From positions 992,001 to 1,056,000 of the forward strand of contig CBDCVR010000015.1 of the NCBI GenBank assembly GCA_965223155.1: a DNA stretch of 64,000 nucleotides, written 5' to 3'. Shown here piece by piece: positions 39,910-52,605 of the stretch. The DNA comes from Candidatus Multivoradales bacterium (GTDB lineage Bacteria; Acidobacteriota; Thermoanaerobaculia; Multivoradales; JAHEKO01). Each line of letters starts with the position of its first letter. Positions within the stretch are counted from its first letter, which is position 1. The notes beneath the pieces are model-generated. The model ran no database searches and was not told the origin of the DNA. It saw only the letters and a list, made by a program, of their open reading frames with translations. The translations under genes were made by a program, and so were the position numbers.

Positions 39910-40605
39910 TCAGGCCCGAGCCCGGCGCGCCAGCGCGGCGATGCGAGACAGACCCACTGCGTTGACGCCGACGTGGGCGAGAACCGGCGCCAGCAGATTT
40001 CCCCGCCAGGCCATGAGGCCGCCCAGGACCGCACCGGCGACCAGGGCGAAGAGTGTCCACAAGCGGTACTCCCGGCCGGGTCCCACGTGCAAGGCGGCGA
40101 ACAGGAGGGTCGCCACCGGCAGGCCCCAGGCGCCTTGTACCGCTCCCCGGAAAAAGAGCTCTTCGGCAAAGCCCGACAGGAGCGCCAGACTCACCACCTC
40201 GGCCCATTCCAGGGGCCCGACGAGCTCGGCCATCGAACGTTCCAGGCGCCGGGCCGGGGCGTAGAGCCGCGCGGTCAGCCGCCACAGACCCAAGAGCGCG
40301 GCCGCCGCCCCCAGGCCGGCCGCCACGTCCACCGCCCAGGCCTCCGGATCAACGAAAAGAGCCGCTCCGATCCGTCCGTGCCGGGAACCCAGCCAGACGA
40401 TGGCGGCCACCGCCAGCACCAGGTACAGGACCGCTGACCAGGTCAGGAAACCCGTCCCGCCGACTCCTTGTGGTCCGGTCGGCGGCTTCGGAGCTGGCCC
40501 CGTCTCTGGAGCCTCCCGGGTTTCCACCGGCTCCGCCGGCTCGCTCGTGGCGTCCTGCTCCGCGCCTTCCGGAGACGGCGGCTCGGTTCCGGTCTCGTGA
40601 CGCAA
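39910..40605 (-). CDS. CPBP (CAAX/Abi) intramembrane glutamic endopeptidase
   Basis: EELFFRG, FAALH, AHVGVN. Confidence 0.85.
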   Translation of the reverse strand: MRHETGTEPPSPEGAEQDATSEPAEPVETREAPETGPAPKPPTGPQGVGGTGFLTWSAVLYLVLAVAAIVWLGSRHGRIGAALFVDPEAWAVDVAAGLGAAAALLGLWRLTARLYAPARRLERSMAELVGPLEWAEVVSLALLSGFAEELFFRGAVQGAWGLPVATLLFAALHVGPGREYRLWTLFALVAGAVLGGLMAWRGNLLAPVLAHVGVNAVGLSRIAALARRARA

Positions 40606-40625
40606 ACCCTGGTGAGAAGGCCTGG

Positions 40626-43217
40626 CTAGTTGACCGGATCTGCCGGCGGGTCGTCCCCGGGTTCGGGCGAAACGTCGTCCGGAACGTCATCCGGAGCATT
40701 TGGCGCCGCTGCAACTGCGACGGCCTCCGGGTCCGCGGCCGATCCGTCGTCTTCCCCGGCACCGTCTTCGGCTCGATCACCGAGCTTGGCCACCGCCACG
40801 ACCCGGTCCCCGGAGCCGAGATCCATGAGCTTGACGCCCTGGGTCGAGCGACCGCTCACCCGCACGCCTTCGACCGCGATGCGGATGATCTTGCCCTCCT
40901 GGGTGATCAACATGAGCTCGTCGTCCGGCGTCACCTGCTTGGCGCCGACCACCTGTCCGGTCTTCTCCGAGACCTTGAGGTTGATGATGCCCTTGCCGCC
41001 CCGGCTCTGGATCCGGTACTGATCGACCGGCGTACGCTTGCCGATGCCTCCTTCGGCGAGCGACAGGATCTCGCCGGCCTCCGGATCCAGGGTCTCCATG
41101 GCCACGACCCGGTCCCCCTTGCGCAGCAGAATGCCTCGAACGCCACGGGTGGCCCGGCCCATGGGGCGGGCGTCGGACTCCTGGAACCGGATCGAGAAGC
41201 CCTTGGCGGTAGCCAGCAGCACGGTTTTTGCGCCATCGGTCAGCCGCACGCCCAGCAGCCGATCACCCTTGTCGATGTTGATCGCCCGGATGCCTCCGGC
41301 TCGGGGCCGCGCGTAGGCGGAGAGCTCGGTCTTCTTGACCGTCCCCTTCTCGGTGGCGAAGAACAGGTACTGGCCTTCCGGAAAGTCCCGCACGGCGAGG
41401 GTCGTCGCCACCCGGTCGTCGGCCGACAGCTGCAACAGGTTGACGATGGCCTTGCCGCGGGCGGCCGGACCCATCTCCGGGATCTCGTGCACCTTGAGCC
41501 AGTGCACCTGGCCGGACTCGGTAAAGACGAGGACGTAACTGTGGGCAGTGGCGACGTACAGGTGTTCGACGAAGTCGCCTTCCTTGGTCACCATGCCGCG
41601 GCGGCCCTTGCCGCCCCGGTTCTGCGCCCGGTAGAGCGACAGCGGCGAGCGCTTGACGTAGCCCGAGTTGGTGACCGTGATCACCATCTCTTCGTCGGCG
41701 ATCATGTCCTCGACCGTGATCTCGTGGGTCTCGGGAATGATCTCGGTGCGGCGCGCATCGCCGAAAGCCTTCTTGATCTGCTCGAGCTCGTCCCGGATGA
41801 CGTCCAGAACCAGCCGATCGGAGGCCAGAATCGCGCGTAGCCGCTCGATCAGAGCCATCAGCTCCTTGTACTCCTCGACCACCTTCTCGCGCTCGAGGCC
41901 GGTCAGCTTCTGGAGCCGCATCTCCAGGATCGCCTGAGCCTGGGGCGCGGTCAGCGAGAACTCGGCGATCAGGCGCTCCCGGGCTTCGGCCGGCGTCTGA
42001 CTGGAGCGGATCGCGGTGATGATCTCGTCGAGCTGATCGAGCGCCTTGAGAATGCCCTCAAGGATGTGGGCGCGCTCTTCAGCCTTGCGTAGATCGAACC
42101 GGGTGCGCCGGATGATGATGGTCTTGCGATGGTCCAGGAAGTGCTTCAGCATCTGGTCCAGCGTCAAGAGCTTGGGCTGGTTGTCGACGATCGCCAGCAA
42201 GATGATGCCGAAGGTCGTCTGCATCTGGGTCAGCTTGTAGAGATGGTTGAGGACGATCTCGGCGATCTGGCCGCGCTTGATGTCGACCACGACCCGGATG
42301 CCCTTGCGATCCGACTCGTCCCGCAGATCGGTGATGCCCTCGATCTTCTTTTGCTGAACCAGTTGGGCGATCCGTTCCAGGAGTCGCGCCTTGTTGACCT
42401 GATACGGAAGCTCGGTGACGATGATCGACTGCCGATCGCCCTTGCGGCTGGTCTCGATCGCGGCCTTGGCGCGCACCTGGATGGTGCCGCGGCCGGTCCG
42501 GTAGGCGGTCTTGATGCCCTCGATGCCGTGGATGAAGCCGGCGGTGGGAAAATCCGGACCCGGAACGATCGCCATCAGGTCGTCGACGGTCGCCTCGGGG
42601 TGCTCGATCAGGTAGATGAGAGCATCCGCTACCTCGGTCAGGTTGTGCGGCGGCACGTTGGTGGCCATGCCCACGGCGATGCCGGCGGCGCCGTTGATGA
42701 GCAGATTCGGCATCCGCGCCGGTAGGACCATCGGCTCTTGCAGCGAGCCGTCGTAGTTGAGGCCCCAGTCCACCGTCTCCTTGTCGATGTCGTCGCGCAA
42801 CATCTCCTCGGCGAGCTTGGTCAGCCGCACCTCGGTGTAGCGCATTGCCGCCGCGCTATCGCCGTCGACCGAACCGAAGTTGCCCTGGCCGTCGACCAGC
42901 GGATAGCGCATGGAAAAATCCTGCGCCAGGCGCACCACGGTGTCGTAGATCGCGCTGTCGCCGTGCGGGTGGTACTTCCCCATGACGCTACCGACGATGC
43001 GCGCCGATTTCTTGTACGGGCGGTTCGAACGGTTGCCGCTCTCCCACATGCCGTAGAGGACGCGCCGGTGCACGGGCTTCAAGCCGTCGCGCACGTCCGG
43101 CAGCGCGCGTCCCACGATCACGCTCATGGCGTAATCGATGTAGCTGCGCTTCATCTCGTCTTCGATGTCGACGACGACGGCGTTGTCGAAGGGCAGGACT
43201 TGGTCGTGTTCGCTCAT
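40626..43217 (-). CDS. gyrA: DNA gyrase subunit A
   Basis: YHPHGD, AAMRYTE, GyrA-box QNRGGKG. Confidence 0.97.
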   Translation of the reverse strand: MSEHDQVLPFDNAVVVDIEDEMKRSYIDYAMSVIVGRALPDVRDGLKPVHRRVLYGMWESGNRSNRPYKKSARIVGSVMGKYHPHGDSAIYDTVVRLAQDFSMRYPLVDGQGNFGSVDGDSAAAMRYTEVRLTKLAEEMLRDDIDKETVDWGLNYDGSLQEPMVLPARMPNLLINGAAGIAVGMATNVPPHNLTEVADALIYLIEHPEATVDDLMAIVPGPDFPTAGFIHGIEGIKTAYRTGRGTIQVRAKAAIETSRKGDRQSIIVTELPYQVNKARLLERIAQLVQQKKIEGITDLRDESDRKGIRVVVDIKRGQIAEIVLNHLYKLTQMQTTFGIILLAIVDNQPKLLTLDQMLKHFLDHRKTIIIRRTRFDLRKAEERAHILEGILKALDQLDEIITAIRSSQTPAEARERLIAEFSLTAPQAQAILEMRLQKLTGLEREKVVEEYKELMALIERLRAILASDRLVLDVIRDELEQIKKAFGDARRTEIIPETHEITVEDMIADEEMVITVTNSGYVKRSPLSLYRAQNRGGKGRRGMVTKEGDFVEHLYVATAHSYVLVFTESGQVHWLKVHEIPEMGPAARGKAIVNLLQLSADDRVATTLAVRDFPEGQYLFFATEKGTVKKTELSAYARPRAGGIRAINIDKGDRLLGVRLTDGAKTVLLATAKGFSIRFQESDARPMGRATRGVRGILLRKGDRVVAMETLDPEAGEILSLAEGGIGKRTPVDQYRIQSRGGKGIINLKVSEKTGQVVGAKQVTPDDELMLITQEGKIIRIAVEGVRVSGRSTQGVKLMDLGSGDRVVAVAKLGDRAEDGAGEDDGSAADPEAVAVAAAPNAPDDVPDDVSPEPGDDPPADPVN

Positions 43218-43268
43218 GGGGAGTAACTCGCTGGTTGCGTTGCCTGGGTGTCCGACGGACGGGCCTGA

Positions 43269-45719
<2,451 letters not shown>

Positions 45720-45923
45720 CTACCCGGCAACCGGGCCCTTGGCCCGTCGTGTTTCTAGCGATCGGATGTGCCGGGATCGAGTCGCGAGCGGCCCGGATCG
45801 GGCGGAGCCTCACCGGTTTTCGCGACCGCTTCGAAGTATATCATCCTGGACCCCTGAAGCAAGGATCTAAAGCCTTTACTTTCAGCGACTTAAGGACGAA
45901 TTTTCAGTCCTTGGCGAAAATCT

Positions 45924-47150
45924 TCAAAGAGCCGCCAGAAGGCCACTTTCGAGGCACCAGGAGGCGGTATTTCGGAGTCGCTTCGCGACCTTCCGATGAG
46001 CCGAGGAGACCAGGACTTGAGGCATCTCGGAAAAGAGACTCCAGGCGATTTCGAGACGCGATCGGTCCAACTCGGCATCGAGGTCGTCGAGCAGAACCAC
46101 GGGCACCCGGCCCGTCGCCGCCAGAACCCGGGCGCGGGCGGCGGTGAGCGCCAGGCCAAAGAGCTTGCGCTCTCCGGCCGAGGCCGCCTTGCCGATGTCG
46201 GTCTCGACCCAGCGTAGAACCAACCGGTCGAGATGCGGCCCGACCAGAATGCGGCGCCGATCGACCTCCCGCGACCGGGCGCGGGCCAAGGCGTCGCGCA
46301 CCTCGTCCGCCGATTCCGGTACCTTCACCGCGGGCGGCTGCTCCGGTCCGGAGTCGTCTTGGCTCCCTTGCGGGCGGCCCGTCTGCAAGTTGGACCTCAG
46401 GTTGGGTCGGTACTCGAGAGCGACCGCCGGCAGCGGCAGCTCGTGGTCCGAGATCACCTGCCGAAGCGCCTGGTCGAGACGGGTGACGTAGTCCTGGCGA
46501 AGCCGGATGAGGGCAAAGCCGGAGATCGCCAGAAGATCGTTCCAGGCCTCGAGAGAGCGAGCACCGTCAGGACCCTTTCGCCCCGAGCCAGCAAAGCTGT
46601 TAGAGCCAGCAGAGCCGGCCAATCCCCTCTTCAGAAGCTCTCGCTTCTCGGCCAGCACTCGCCGGTAGTCGCGCAGGTGCTCGACCGCTAGCGGGTTCTC
46701 TCCCACCACGCCCTGATCCAGGAGCCGGCGCCTGAGCGCCGGATCACCATCCAGAAGGTCCCGGTCCGCGGCCGACCAGGAAAGCGCCGGTAGGAACTCC
46801 AGATAGCGGGCCACGGAGACGTTCTTGCCGTCGGCCTGCCGTCGCCTCGTGGTTCCGGCGTAGCCGGCGGCAAGCTCCGCCCCGGAGGTTCGGCCATGGA
46901 CCCAGAACTCGCTCGCCCCCCAACGCCGGCAGTCGGACGGGCGCGCCGTCCGGAAGCTCTTGGTCGTGGCCAGAAAGTAGACGGCTTCGAGGACCGAGGT
47001 CTTGCCGGCGCCGTTGTCTCCGACGATGAGCTGCGGGCCAGGCGGAATGGACCAGCGCAGGCTCTCGAAACAGCGGAAGTCGCTGAGCGTCAGACGCTCC
47101 AGGAGGCGAGGGAACTCTTCGGCGTTGTCCGCGCCGCTTCTAACCTGCAC
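45924..47150 (-). CDS. recF: DNA replication/repair protein RecF (divergent)
   Basis: GDNGAGKT, TTKSFRT, GPHLD, SAGERK, LLDDLDAELD; lies between dnaN and gyrB; start uncertain. Confidence 0.88.
   Translation of the reverse strand: MQVRSGADNAEEFPRLLERLTLSDFRCFESLRWSIPPGPQLIVGDNGAGKTSVLEAVYFLATTKSFRTARPSDCRRWGASEFWVHGRTSGAELAAGYAGTTRRRQADGKNVSVARYLEFLPALSWSAADRDLLDGDPALRRRLLDQGVVGENPLAVEHLRDYRRVLAEKRELLKRGLAGSAGSNSFAGSGRKGPDGARSLEAWNDLLAISGFALIRLRQDYVTRLDQALRQVISDHELPLPAVALEYRPNLRSNLQTGRPQGSQDDSGPEQPPAVKVPESADEVRDALARARSREVDRRRILVGPHLDRLVLRWVETDIGKAASAGERKLFGLALTAARARVLAATGRVPVVLLDDLDAELDRSRLEIAWSLFSEMPQVLVSSAHRKVAKRLRNTASWCLESGLLAAL
46585..46616. repeat. 9-bp tandem repeat (GCTCTGCTG family) in recF
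   Basis: Minus strand gctctgctg gctctaaca gctttgctg gctcg; reads GSAGSNSFAGS. Confidence 0.65.
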
Positions 47151-47190
47151 GTCTCAATGTCTCGATATAGCAGTGTCGCAGTGTCTCAGC
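47151..47190. repeat. Intergenic 8-bp tandem repeat, 5 degenerate units
   Basis: gtctcaat gtctcgat atagcagt gtcgcagt gtctcagc. Confidence 0.6.
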
Positions 47191-47282
47191 AGGGGCTTGG
47201 TTCGAGAAGCTACAAGTGCTTGGAGAGACACGGCTTGCGACCGAGGCGACGCAAGGCTAGCAGTCGGCGGGAGAGGTCCCGG

Positions 47283-48380
47283 CTAGATCCGCATCGGCAT
47301 GATGACGCACAGGTACCGCTTGTCCGACCCCTCGACCGGATAGCCGATGCACTGCGTGTTCTCATCCTTGAGATCCAGGCGAACGCGGTCGGTATCGACC
47401 GCGTTCAGAAACTGGACGATGTAGTCGGGGTTCATCCCGATCTGGATCTCGCCGCCCTCGAACTCACAGGGCAGCTCCTCGCGGGCCTCTCCCAGGTCGG
47501 GGTTGGTCGCGGTGATGAGGAGATTGCCTTCGGACAGAGACATGCGCACCGCCCGCGCCCGGTCGCCGGTCAGAAGGGCCGCGCGCTGGACCGCTTGGAT
47601 CAGCTCCTTGCGATCGAAGAACGCCTGACGGTCGTTGTCCTTCGAGATCACTCGCTCGTAGTCAGGGAACGTTCCTTCCAGGATGCGGCAGATGAGCTCC
47701 CGACCTTCGAGACGAAACGACAGGTGATGGTCGTTGCGGCTGAACTCGATCTCGCCATCGCTCTCGAAACGCTGAAGCTCCTGGAGCGCCTTGCGGGGTA
47801 CCAGCACGCCTTCGCCGGCGACACCGCCGTCCAGGTCGTGCTCGACCAGGGCCAAACGGTGACCGTCGGTGGCCACCAGCTCGATGCCGCCGTCGTTGAT
47901 CTTGAGCAACGCGCCGTTGAGCTGGAAACGCGACTCCTCGGTCGAGACGGCAAAGAGCACCCGGGCGATGGCTCTCTTGAAGGCCTCAAACGAAAACTTG
48001 AGACTGCCGTCTGGAGCAACTTCGGGAAGGGTCGGGAAGTCTTCGGCGGCAAGCGTGTTGATCTTGAAGCGGGAGTGTCCGGCTTCGATCCTGAGCCGCC
48101 TTTCGTCCTCGACCGTGAGCGCGACCTCCTCGGCCCCTACCGCGCGCACAATCTCGTGAAACTTGCGCGCCTGGACGGCGACCGCGCCCGGAGCCTTGAC
48201 CTCGGCAGGGGCGGACGAAATCAGGGAGACGTCGAGGTCGGTCGAAGCGAAATGCAGACGTTCGTCTTCGGCTCGCAGCAGGATGTGGGACAGGACGGGA
48301 ATCGTCGTCCGCCGCTCGACGATGCCCTGCATAGGGCTGAGCTCGGCCAGAAGGCGGGAACGTTGTACGCGAACTTCCAT
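47283..48380 (-). CDS. dnaN: DNA polymerase III beta sliding clamp
   Basis: RTTIPVLS, VATDGHRLA, GTFPDYERVI, VIMPMR. Confidence 0.97.
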   Translation of the reverse strand: MEVRVQRSRLLAELSPMQGIVERRTTIPVLSHILLRAEDERLHFASTDLDVSLISSAPAEVKAPGAVAVQARKFHEIVRAVGAEEVALTVEDERRLRIEAGHSRFKINTLAAEDFPTLPEVAPDGSLKFSFEAFKRAIARVLFAVSTEESRFQLNGALLKINDGGIELVATDGHRLALVEHDLDGGVAGEGVLVPRKALQELQRFESDGEIEFSRNDHHLSFRLEGRELICRILEGTFPDYERVISKDNDRQAFFDRKELIQAVQRAALLTGDRARAVRMSLSEGNLLITATNPDLGEAREELPCEFEGGEIQIGMNPDYIVQFLNAVDTDRVRLDLKDENTQCIGYPVEGSDKRYLCVIMPMRI

Positions 48381-48409
48381 GGGGTCTACCTCTTCTTAGG
48401 AATATCGGA

Positions 48410-48615
48410 AATTAGCATAAGTAGTAGTAGTACTAGGGACTGCGGATTGCGGGGATGACGCCGTAAACCGTTTGCTTCGAACGAGGTCCGCAGTCTCGGG
48501 TTCCGGAAGGGAATGCTGAAAAACTGTGCCGGGCGTGCGGAAGAACGGTGCAAGGTCCGAGGCCGGCGGAAGTTTCATCGATCGCTGGACGCTTATCCGC
48601 AGGATTTTCCGCGTG
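48410..48615. other. oriC: oriC unwinding region (DnaA-trios plus DnaA boxes) in the dnaA-dnaN spacer
   Basis: TAAGTAGTAGTAGTACTAG (48418-48436), GGGAC, then tandem degenerate boxes TGCGGATTG/CGGGGATGA (48441-48458), the layout of the B. subtilis-type basal unwinding system; TTATCCGCA at 48593-48601. Confidence 0.82.
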
Positions 48616-48646
48616 GCATTCGGGACAGGTGGTCCGGACGATTGCG

Positions 48647-49933
48647 TCAGGACAACTGGCGCTCGAGATGGGTCAGGGTGCGCTTGAGCTCCTGATCTTC
48701 GTCGGCGCGTTCGGCGATCTTCTCGACCGAGTACATGACGGTCGAGTGATGCTTGTTGTTGAACTCTTTGCCGATCTCCGGATACGACATCTCGGTGAGC
48801 TGCTTACAGAGATACATCGCCACCTGGCGTGGAAAGACGATCTGCTGCGAGTTGTTGCGCGACTTGATCTCCTTGACCTTGAGCCCATAGTGGGCGGCGA
48901 CCGCTTTGACGATGTCCTTGGCGGTCAGGCGCGGAGATTCGGGAAGAATGTCCTTGAGGGTTTCCTTGGCGAGTTCGAGCGATAGCGGCCGGCCGGTGAG
49001 CGAGGCAAAGGCGAGGACGCGATTCAGCAGGCCCTCGAGCTCGCGCACGTTCGAGCGCACCTGCTGAGCGATGAAGTGGGCGACCTCGTCCGGCACGGTG
49101 AGTTGCTCGGTGTCGGCCTTCTTGCGCAGGATCGCGACCTTGGTCTCGAGATCGGGAGACTGGATGTCGGCGATGAGACCCCACTCGAAGCGGCTGCGCA
49201 GACGCTCTTCGAGATCGGGGATGTTCCGGGGCGGAGCGTCCGAGGAGAGGATGATCTGTTTCTGGCCGGTGTAGAGCGTGTTGAAAGTATGAAAGAACTC
49301 TTCCTGGGTACGCTCCTTGTTGGCCAGGAACTGGATGTCATCGACGAGGAGGACGTCAATCGTGCGGTAGCGCTCGCGAAAGGCCGGCATCCGGTTGAAG
49401 CGAAGCGAGCTGATGAGGTCGTTGACGAACTGCTCGGCGGCCAAGTAGATGATCTTGAGCTCGGGATGCTCGAGCTGAAGGCGGTGCCCGATGGCATGGA
49501 GCAGATGGGTCTTGCCCAATCCGACGCCGCCGTAGAGGAACAGCGGGTTGTAGCTACGAAAGGGCGTCTCCGCGACCGCGCGCGCGGCGGCATAGGCGAA
49601 TTGGTTCGAGTTGCCGACCACGAACGAGTCGAAGACGTAGCGAGGGTTGAACCTGGAGCCCCGGACGGCGGCTCGCTTGGGCGCCGGCTCGGAATCCTCG
49701 ACCGAGAATAGAACTTCACAGGGTGCATCGCTCAGGCCGGCGATGGCCCGGTCGACCGCGGGGCGGTAGCTGGCTTCGAGGGTGTTCAGGAAATTGCCGT
49801 TCGGGGCCACAAGCACCAGCCGGTCGGATTCCTCGCGGGCGACCTTGAGGGGCCGGAACCAGGTCGAGAATTCTTCCGGATCCAGCTCGTTTTCGAGCTG
49901 GTTGCGAAGTCGGGACCACAACGAATCAGACAT
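48647..49933 (-). CDS. dnaA: Chromosomal replication initiator DnaA
   Basis: YNPLFLYGGVGLGKTHL, LLVDDIQF, RLRSRFEWG, NVRELEG, HHSTVMYS. Confidence 0.98.
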   Translation of the reverse strand: MSDSLWSRLRNQLENELDPEEFSTWFRPLKVAREESDRLVLVAPNGNFLNTLEASYRPAVDRAIAGLSDAPCEVLFSVEDSEPAPKRAAVRGSRFNPRYVFDSFVVGNSNQFAYAAARAVAETPFRSYNPLFLYGGVGLGKTHLLHAIGHRLQLEHPELKIIYLAAEQFVNDLISSLRFNRMPAFRERYRTIDVLLVDDIQFLANKERTQEEFFHTFNTLYTGQKQIILSSDAPPRNIPDLEERLRSRFEWGLIADIQSPDLETKVAILRKKADTEQLTVPDEVAHFIAQQVRSNVRELEGLLNRVLAFASLTGRPLSLELAKETLKDILPESPRLTAKDIVKAVAAHYGLKVKEIKSRNNSQQIVFPRQVAMYLCKQLTEMSYPEIGKEFNNKHHSTVMYSVEKIAERADEDQELKRTLTHLERQLS

Positions 49934-49951
49934 AACCTTCCCTCTCGGCAA

Positions 49952-49983
49952 CTTTCCACATTCTGTGGAATAGTTGTGGAAAA
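49952..49983. promoter_or_regulatory. DnaA-box cluster upstream of dnaA
   Basis: CTTTCCACA (49952-60), TGTGGAATA (49964-72), TGTGGAAAA (49975-83). Confidence 0.8.
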
Positions 49984-50114
49984 CCGCCGTACCGGTACGC
50001 GCCGCTCGGGCTTGGGACTCAGGCGGGACAGAGCTACGTTACCACAGCTTGCAAGGGCCGGCCAGCGGCCCGGAAATGTCCTTTTTCGACGCTCGGTTAG
50101 CGGCTCTTTCGAAC

Positions 50115-50132
50115 TTGGCACGGGTCGTGCTT
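50115..50132 (+). promoter_or_regulatory. Putative sigma54 (-24/-12) promoter
   Basis: TTGGCAC-GGGTC-GTGCTT: GG at 50117-18 and GC at 50129-30, exactly 10 nt apart; predicted TSS ~50142. Confidence 0.62.
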
Positions 50133-50138
50133 ATTTGA

Positions 50139-50325
50139 GAGGGCAGTAGAGTTTTGGGTTATTCGGGGAGGTCCACCCTCACACCAATTTCCTACCCTAT
50201 CTAGGAGTTTCGGCTCTTCAAGTCACCAAGTTACCCGCCAAGTTCCCCTTTCTACAGGGGTAGAGCCAACAAGCCAACCACCTAGGACCTCCCCCGGTAA
50301 CCGTTCTCTCAGCCTTCCCTTTTTT
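50139..50325 (+). ncRNA. Structured ~185-nt ncRNA, 6S RNA-like
   Basis: 18-bp stem 50157-50174/50285-50302 (two U-G pairs, one mismatch), terminal pairings GAGGGC/GCCTTC and AGAG/CTCT, C/A-rich central bubble, inner stem CTACCC/GGGTAG, 3' U-tract. Confidence 0.55.
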
Positions 50326-50405
50326 CCCTTAGACTCGGGCGATTTTCCCGGCGAACGGCCGAATGGGCCGCGCCATTTTGGCCGCCATCCAGGCGGCAAC
50401 GCCCG

Positions 50406-51539
50406 ATGCCCGATTCGCCGGCCAGCCGACACCAGCTCGACCACCCGCGCACTCGGTCCAAGAAGAGCCCGGGACGTCGACTCCTCGATTGGTTCGCCGC
50501 CAACCGGCGCGAGCTGCCCTGGCGGCGGAACCGTGACCCGTACCGGGTCTGGGTCTCCGAGGTGATGCTTCAGCAGACCCGCGTGGAGACCGTTCTGGGC
50601 TACTACGAGGGCTTCCTGGAACGCTTCCCGACCATCGATTCGCTGGCTCGGGCGGAGCTCGAAGAGGTTCTGGCGGCCTGGTCGGGCCTGGGCTACTACC
50701 GGCGGGCACGGCTCCTCCACCGTTCGGCGCAAGCGGTAGCCGAAGCCGGAAGCTTTCCGGTCGGGTACGAAGCCTGGCGTGAGCTTTCAGGAATAGGCGA
50801 GTACACCGCGGCCGCTCTCGCGAGCCAGCTCGACGGCGAGGCCCGGCTAGCGGTCGACGGCAACGTGGAGCGGGTCGTGAGCCGGCTGATTGCCTACGAG
50901 GGCGATCCCCGCTCGGCCGAGGGCCGGCGGCTGATCGTCGAGGCGGGAAGCGCGCTTCTGGATGCCGAGACGCCGGGCACTTCGAACGAGGCCCTGATCG
51001 AGCTGGGCGCCACAGTATGCACGGCGAGAAGGCCCGCCTGCGCAAGCTGCTCGCTCGCCGCCGGCTGCGGATCTTTCGAGCAAGACATCGCCGAGCTCCT
51101 GCCCGTGCGCTCGCCGCGGCGGCCGATCGAGACCGAGAGGCGATTGGTCGTAGTGGCGCGTGATGATCGCGGCAGGACTCTTCTGTTCCGGCGGGCCGAG
51201 GACGCCGAGGTCCTGGCCGGCACCTGGGAGCTCCCCTGGATCGAGCTCGACGGGCCGGAGCCAAGACCGGTATCCAGCCGGAGCGCCGGCGCGCGGCTGC
51301 GCTCACGCTACGGCGGAGTCTGGAAGCTGGGCCGGGACCTGGGAAGCGCTCGCCATGCCATCACCTTCCGACGTCTGGAGCTCGAAGCCTTCGAGGCGTT
51401 GGCGAGCTTCGAGACCGACGGCGAGGTGAGCGAGGTGGCGGAGGGTCCGCTCGGGCGCTACCTCGCCGCCGCCGAGCTGGCGCGACTCCCCCGTTCGTCT
51501 CTGGTCGAGAAGATCCTGGCGCTCGCGGGCGACTCGTGA
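50406..51539 (+). CDS. mutY: A/G-specific adenine glycosylase
   Basis: RELPWR, WVSEVMLQQT, WSGLGYY, GIGEYTA, VDGNVERV, [4Fe-4S] motif CTARRPACASCSLAAGC. Confidence 0.93.
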   Translation: MPDSPASRHQLDHPRTRSKKSPGRRLLDWFAANRRELPWRRNRDPYRVWVSEVMLQQTRVETVLGYYEGFLERFPTIDSLARAELEEVLAAWSGLGYYRRARLLHRSAQAVAEAGSFPVGYEAWRELSGIGEYTAAALASQLDGEARLAVDGNVERVVSRLIAYEGDPRSAEGRRLIVEAGSALLDAETPGTSNEALIELGATVCTARRPACASCSLAAGCGSFEQDIAELLPVRSPRRPIETERRLVVVARDDRGRTLLFRRAEDAEVLAGTWELPWIELDGPEPRPVSSRSAGARLRSRYGGVWKLGRDLGSARHAITFRRLELEAFEALASFETDGEVSEVAEGPLGRYLAAAELARLPRSSLVEKILALAGDS

Positions 51540-51581
51540 AGCCAGCCGGTCCTTCGCGCCGAAGGCCAGACCGCGGCTTGT

Positions 51582-52580
51582 TCAGGGCAGCTCGAGCGAC
51601 GGGTCGATGTCGCCGCCGGCCAGGAGGAACCAGCCGACCAGCTTCTCTTCCAGCTCGCGGATACGCTTGGCGGCGAGCGAAGTCAGGATGCTCAAGAGAC
51701 GTACCGAGGAGACCTTGTCGATGTCGAGCAGCCCTTCGACCACCGAACGCGGCAGGGCCAGCACGGTTACCGCCTCGTCGGGATGGGCGCGGGCGTCGGC
51801 CGAGCGGGATCGGTGGTCGATCAGCGCCATCTCGCCGAAGTACTCGCCACGTTCCAGAAACGCCAGCGCCTCCTCGCCGATGCCGGGGATGTTCTTGCTG
51901 ATCATGACCGTGCCTTCGGCGACGACGTACATCTTGTCCCCGGTCTCGCCCTCGCGAAAGATCGGCTGGCCGGGCTCGAAATGCTCTTCACGGGACAGGG
52001 ACGCCAGGAAGTTGATCTCCATCGGCGACAGGCGCTGCTCGCGAAAGAGATCGACCTTGTGCCCCATGTTCATGTCGCTGGCCGAGGTCGGCCGATCGTG
52101 GGCGGGCTTGGTCAGATGCGGCATCTGGGAGTCCGAAGCGAAGATGCGGATCAAGCGGTCGTTCGACAGGCGGAGTTTCCTCGACAGGCTCTTCCAGAGT
52201 GCCCAGTGGAGGGCGAGCTCGAGGCGAGCGTCATCGGCGATGGCCCCGGCCACTTTCGGAGCGTCGAAAACCACCACGTTGGCATCTTCCAGAATCTCCG
52301 CGTCGCCTTCCCGGGTAGCGGCGGTCAGGAAGCCGTCCTCGCCGAAGAGATCGCCGGAGCGCGGGATGAAGAGCTCGAAGCTGCCGAAGGCGGTCATGCG
52401 GCGGACGCGGATATCGCCGTCTTCGAGCAGGAAGAAGTCTCCCGGAGCGTCGCCTTCGTTGAAGACCAGGCCGCCGGCTTCGAAGGAGCACGGCGAGAGA
52501 CACTCGCTCAAGAGGGTCAGCTCGCGCGGTCCGAAGTGGGAAAAGGTATCTAGGAGGTGGAGGCGCTCGGCGTTCTGCAA
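51582..52580 (-). CDS. Tandem cyclic-nucleotide-binding domain protein
   Basis: Two cNMP domains: VFNEGD...FGE...REGDA and IFREGE...FGEMAL...RSADA; no HTH or catalytic domain seen. Confidence 0.85.
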   Translation of the reverse strand: MQNAERLHLLDTFSHFGPRELTLLSECLSPCSFEAGGLVFNEGDAPGDFFLLEDGDIRVRRMTAFGSFELFIPRSGDLFGEDGFLTAATREGDAEILEDANVVVFDAPKVAGAIADDARLELALHWALWKSLSRKLRLSNDRLIRIFASDSQMPHLTKPAHDRPTSASDMNMGHKVDLFREQRLSPMEINFLASLSREEHFEPGQPIFREGETGDKMYVVAEGTVMISKNIPGIGEEALAFLERGEYFGEMALIDHRSRSADARAHPDEAVTVLALPRSVVEGLLDIDKVSSVRLLSILTSLAAKRIRELEEKLVGWFLLAGGDIDPSLELP

Positions 52581-52605
52581 GACCGGACCATTCTACGGCT
52601 CCGGC

